A stretch of DNA of 64,000 nt, taken from positions 17,416 to 81,415 of the forward strand of contig CAVZAO010000011.1 of assembly GCA_963773225.1 (NCBI GenBank). The letters run 5' to 3'. Positions 56,626 to 64,000 of the stretch are shown here, piece by piece (the first letter of the stretch is position 1; the number at the start of each line of letters is the position of its first letter). The notes beneath the pieces were generated by a model, which was not told the origin of the DNA, searched no databases, and worked only from the letters and a program-made list of their open reading frames with translations. A program made the position numbers and the translations under genes. The stretch is from an uncultured Pseudomonadota bacterium (lineage in GTDB: Bacteria > Pseudomonadota > Alphaproteobacteria > Rhizobiales > Xanthobacteraceae).

Positions 56626-58446
56626 ATGTTCGAAGCCCATTTCCAGACATTCGAGGACGCCAGCGAGCGGGCCGAAAGCGCCGGCCGGGTGGCGGCACTG
56701 CGCGCCGAGCTTGTCCGCCGCGGCCTCGACGGCCTCATGGTGGCGCGCGCCGACCGTCAGCAGAATGAGTATCTGCCGGCGAGCGACGAGCGTCTGGCCT
56801 GGCTGACCGGCTTCACCGGCTCGGCCGGCGCCGCGGTCGTGCTCACCGACAAGGCGGCGGTCTTCGTCGACGGCCGCTACACGGTGCAGGCCGACGCACA
56901 GGTCGACAAGACCGTGTTCGCCATCGAGCACCTGGTCGAGACCCCGCCGGCGCAGTGGCTGGAAGCCAACGTCACGCCGGGCGCGAAGGTCGGCTACGAT
57001 CCCTGGCTGCATACCACCGAAGGCGCCGACCGCCTGCGCAAAGCCTGCGCTACTGCCGGCGCCGAACTGGTGGCGCTCGACGACAACCCGATCGATGCCT
57101 TGTGGCGCGACCGGCCGGCACCACCATCGGCGCCTGTCAAACTGCACGACATCACCTTCGCCGGCGAAGGCGCCGCCGAGAAATTGCGCCGCATCCAGGC
57201 CGAGCTCGCCAAGGCGCGCGCCGATGTGCTGGTGGTGTCGGACGCGCAGAACGTCGCCTGGGCCTTCAACATCCGCGGCAGCGACATCGCGCATACGCCG
57301 CTGGCGCTCGCCTTCGCGGTGGTGCCGCGCGAGGGCACGCCGGCGCTCTACGTCGATGCCGCCAAGCTCGACCACGCGGCGCGCGCGGCGCTGGCCGATA
57401 TCGCCGACGTGCGCAAGCCCGACGACCTGGAGCGCGACCTCGCGCGCATGAGCGGCAAGACCGTGCGGCTCGACCAGGCCACCGCCGCCGACATGCTGAC
57501 ACGGCTCGTGCGCGAGCACGGCGGCAAGCCCGCGCGCGAGGCCGATCCGATCACCCTCATGAAAGCGGTGAAGAACCACACCGAGATCATGGGCACGCGC
57601 GCCGCGCACAAACGCGACGGCGCGGCGCTGGCGCGCTTCCTCGCCTGGTTCGCGCGCGAAGCACCGACCGGTAAGCTCACCGAGATCGACGCGGTGGCGG
57701 CGCTGGAAAGCTTCCGACGCGACACCGGGCTGTTGAAGGACGTATCGTTTCCGACCATCGCCGGCGCCGGGCCGAATGGGGCAATCGTGCATTATCGCGT
57801 CACGCGCGAGTCGAACCGCAAGATCGGCCTCAACGAACTGTTCCTCATCGATTCCGGCGCGCAGTACGAGGACGGCACCACAGACGTGACACGCACCGTC
57901 GCGGTGGGCACGCCCACGGATGAGATGCGCGACCGCTTCACGCGTGTGCTCAAGGGCCATATCGCCATCGCCACTGCCGAATTTCCCGAAGGCGTCAGCG
58001 GCGCGCAGCTCGATCCGCTGGCGCGCGTCGCGCTCTGGCAGGCGGGGCTCGACTTCGACCACGGCACCGGCCACGGCGTCGGCAGCTATCTCTCGGTGCA
58101 CGAGGGACCGGCGCGCATTTCCAAGCTCGGCCACGTGGCGCTGCGCCGCGGCATGATCCTGTCGAACGAGCCGGGCTACTACAAGACCGCAGCCTACGGC
58201 ATCCGCACCGAGAACCTCGTTCTGGTGATCGCTGCGCCCGAACCCGAAGGCGCCGAAAAGCCGCTCAACGCCTTCGAGACCTTGACGCTGGCGCCGATCG
58301 ACCGCGCGCTCATCGACACGCGCATGCTGACGTCGAAGGAGCGGCACTGGCTCGACAGCTATCACGCGCGCGTCAAGGAAACGATCGGCCCACTGGTGGA
58401 CGACGACACGCGCCGATGGCTGGAGCAGGCGACACGGCCGATTTGA
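56626..58446 (+). CDS. pepP: Aminopeptidase P / Xaa-Pro aminopeptidase family (M24B)
   Basis: Start trimmed to MFEAHFQTFEDASERAESAGRVAALRAEL. C-terminal pita-bread fold LIDSGAQYEDGTTDVTRT, HGTGHGVGSYLSVHEGP, SNEPGYY. Confidence 0.9.
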   Translation: MFEAHFQTFEDASERAESAGRVAALRAELVRRGLDGLMVARADRQQNEYLPASDERLAWLTGFTGSAGAAVVLTDKAAVFVDGRYTVQADAQVDKTVFAIEHLVETPPAQWLEANVTPGAKVGYDPWLHTTEGADRLRKACATAGAELVALDDNPIDALWRDRPAPPSAPVKLHDITFAGEGAAEKLRRIQAELAKARADVLVVSDAQNVAWAFNIRGSDIAHTPLALAFAVVPREGTPALYVDAAKLDHAARAALADIADVRKPDDLERDLARMSGKTVRLDQATAADMLTRLVREHGGKPAREADPITLMKAVKNHTEIMGTRAAHKRDGAALARFLAWFAREAPTGKLTEIDAVAALESFRRDTGLLKDVSFPTIAGAGPNGAIVHYRVTRESNRKIGLNELFLIDSGAQYEDGTTDVTRTVAVGTPTDEMRDRFTRVLKGHIAIATAEFPEGVSGAQLDPLARVALWQAGLDFDHGTGHGVGSYLSVHEGPARISKLGHVALRRGMILSNEPGYYKTAAYGIRTENLVLVIAAPEPEGAEKPLNAFETLTLAPIDRALIDTRMLTSKERHWLDSYHARVKETIGPLVDDDTRRWLEQATRPI

Positions 58447-58617
58447 GCTTCCGTCTTTCCGTTTACGGAGAGAGCGAAGCGAGCCTTGCCGCGTACGCGT
58501 GCCATCGCGATTAAAATCTCAAACAGCCCCCGTTATTCCGGGATGGCGGTTAGACACAGCTCCGCCGCCCGTATTCTTTGGCGGGCGCCGGGTTCGCCCG
58601 TAGGTCCTTTCTCTCGT

Positions 58618-58719
58618 CCCCCTCTCGAAACATGAGAGGGGGTGGCGCGCCGATCGGCGCAGCCATTTCTTATGGTCACGCCTTCTGATCGAAGGCGTGG
58701 CGCCTCTCGGCGCGCCACA
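58618..58719. repeat. Nested palindromic repeat block
   Basis: 9-bp-stem hairpin CCCCCTCTC-GAAACAT-GAGAGGGGG (58618-58642). Perfect 14-bp palindrome GCGCCGATCGGCGC (58647-58660). Hairpin CACGCCTTC-TGATC-GAAGGCGTG. Outer arms GTGGCGCGCCGA / TCGGCGCGCCAC. Confidence 0.75.
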
Positions 58720-59025
58720 CGCGGCTTTTCTGTCCCCGGGGCCGTGCTTCCGGACGCGGACGGAGCCCGAGCCGGGCCCCCGATCCGGGCCGCTTTCGCC
58801 GCCCTTCGTCCACGCCGCGTCCAGCCATTCAAGGCAGACCCTCGTAGTGGGGTCGGACGGCTACCCAAGGCCTCCCGGGGATGGGGTTACGAATCCCATC
58901 CGCGGGCGCCGCATCCAGCTCCATCATCGTGACGTCTCGCGACGACGCCCCTCAGTTGAGCCGGACGCGGAAATGATAAGGGCAGAAAAACGAGCGGGGA
59001 TAAGTTGGGACGTGTTTTTTTCGTC

Positions 59026-59192
59026 GTCATTCCGGACGGCGCGTGAGCGCCGGGCCTGGAATTCAGAGCACCGCTCTCATGCTTCGCCCCTGGATTCCGG
59101 GTTCGGCCCACCGATCTCGGGTTCACTCGAGATCGGCACTTAAGGTTGCCCAGATCGGCTAAAGCCGATCTGGGTGGGCCGCCCCGGAATGA

Positions 59193-59193
<1 letters not shown>
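59026..59193. repeat. Second, degenerate copy of the GTCATTCCGG...CCGGAATGAC element carrying extra nested hairpins
   Basis: GTCATTCCGG at 59026, CTGGATTCCGGGTTCGG at 59090-59106, CCCCGGAATGAC ending at 59193. Internal hairpins CCGATCTCG..CGAGATCGG and CCCAGATCGGC-TAAA-GCCGATCTGGG. The last base overlaps the ligA stop codon. Confidence 0.8.
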
Positions 59194-63699
<4,506 letters not shown>

Positions 63700-63711
63700 A
63701 AGCCGAACACA

Positions 63712-64000
63712 ATGCCCGCTGCCGAAGCCGCCGCAACCGCGCTGCTGCTGATCGATTTCCAGAAGGGCTTCCTCGATCCCTTCTGGGGCGCGCGCAACAA
63801 CCCGCAAGCGGAAGACAATGCGCTCCGCCTCATCGCGGCCTTCCGGCAACACGGCGTGCCGGTGCTGCACGTGCGGCACTTGAGCCGCACGCCGGGCTCG
63901 CCGCTGTCCGGCCGCGGCACCGACTTCAAGGACGGCTTTACTCCTGCCGCCGGCGAGGCGCTGTTCGAGAAGTCGGTGAATTCGGCCTTCATCGGCACCG
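63712..64000 (+). CDS. Isochorismatase-family cysteine hydrolase (5' part, runs off window)
   Basis: Own translation: MPAAEAAATALLLIDFQKGFLDPFWGARNNPQAEDNALRLIAAFRQHGVPVLHVRH...FEKSVNSAFIGT. Not in the ORF track because no stop codon is reached. Confidence 0.78.
   Translation, partial: MPAAEAAATALLLIDFQKGFLDPFWGARNNPQAEDNALRLIAAFRQHGVPVLHVRHLSRTPGSPLSGRGTDFKDGFTPAAGEALFEKSVNSAFIGT

Noticed and set aside
58878-58900. tRNA-like T-arm (GGATGGG-GTTACGAAT-CCCATCC), raising the idea of a tRNA gene or an att-site remnant.
   Set aside because: No matching acceptor 5' strand, D-arm or anticodon arm exists within 80 nt on either strand. The loop has A where the invariant C56 should be. It is more likely another palindromic repeat module.
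58700-58930. Possible structured RNA (SRP RNA, RNase P RNA, 6S) in the long pepP-ligA spacer, prompted by GTCCGGAAGCACGGCC on the minus strand.
   Set aside because: The universal cores are absent: GGAAAGTCCGG and ACAGAACCCGGCTTA for RNase P, and GTCAGGTCCGGAAGGAAGCAGCC for SRP RNA.

Overview
A visibly GC-rich alphaproteobacterial chromosomal segment. Gene order, the two-piece tmRNA tag ANDNYAPVALAA and the palindromic intergenic repeats suggest a Bradyrhizobiaceae/Nitrobacteraceae-type member of the Hyphomicrobiales; this is inference only, since no search was possible. Most of the window is housekeeping: ilvIH and ilvC, miaA/serB, degP-hflKC, thyA-GNAT-folA, fumC, uvrD, prmA, pepP and ligA. 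Accessory content: a small denitrification islet (Crp/Fnr regulator, DUF1858, nirK, decayed nirV), metal transport (split chrA pair, DUF1007-NicO), ycjXF, a 1263-aa AsmA-like protein, an MCP, a TPR/GT41 glycosyltransferase, a hotdog thioesterase pair, a monooxygenase and a cytoplasmic RdhA-like protein. Features the ORF track cannot show: a circularly permuted two-piece tmRNA beside sspB; an Ile/Leu/Val leader-peptide attenuator upstream of ilvIH; an exactly delimited IS1182-family insertion splitting a DUF1311 gene; at least five families of palindromic REP/MITE-like repeats, one sitting in frame inside uvrD; and an orphan terminator that may mark an sRNA. I did not find a convincing novel multi-gene system: there is no CRISPR array, no recognisable defence, toxin or secretion cassette, no tRNA or rRNA, and no integrase. 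The most unusual items are the in-frame palindromic insert in uvrD, the multi-lesion nirV next to an intact nirK, the winged-helix/alpha-beta-hydrolase fusion, and the RdhA-like gene. Many long ORFs in the track are antisense or upstream-extension shadows typical of high-GC DNA. Where starts were trimmed, this was done by protein-family N-termini and Shine-Dalgarno context.
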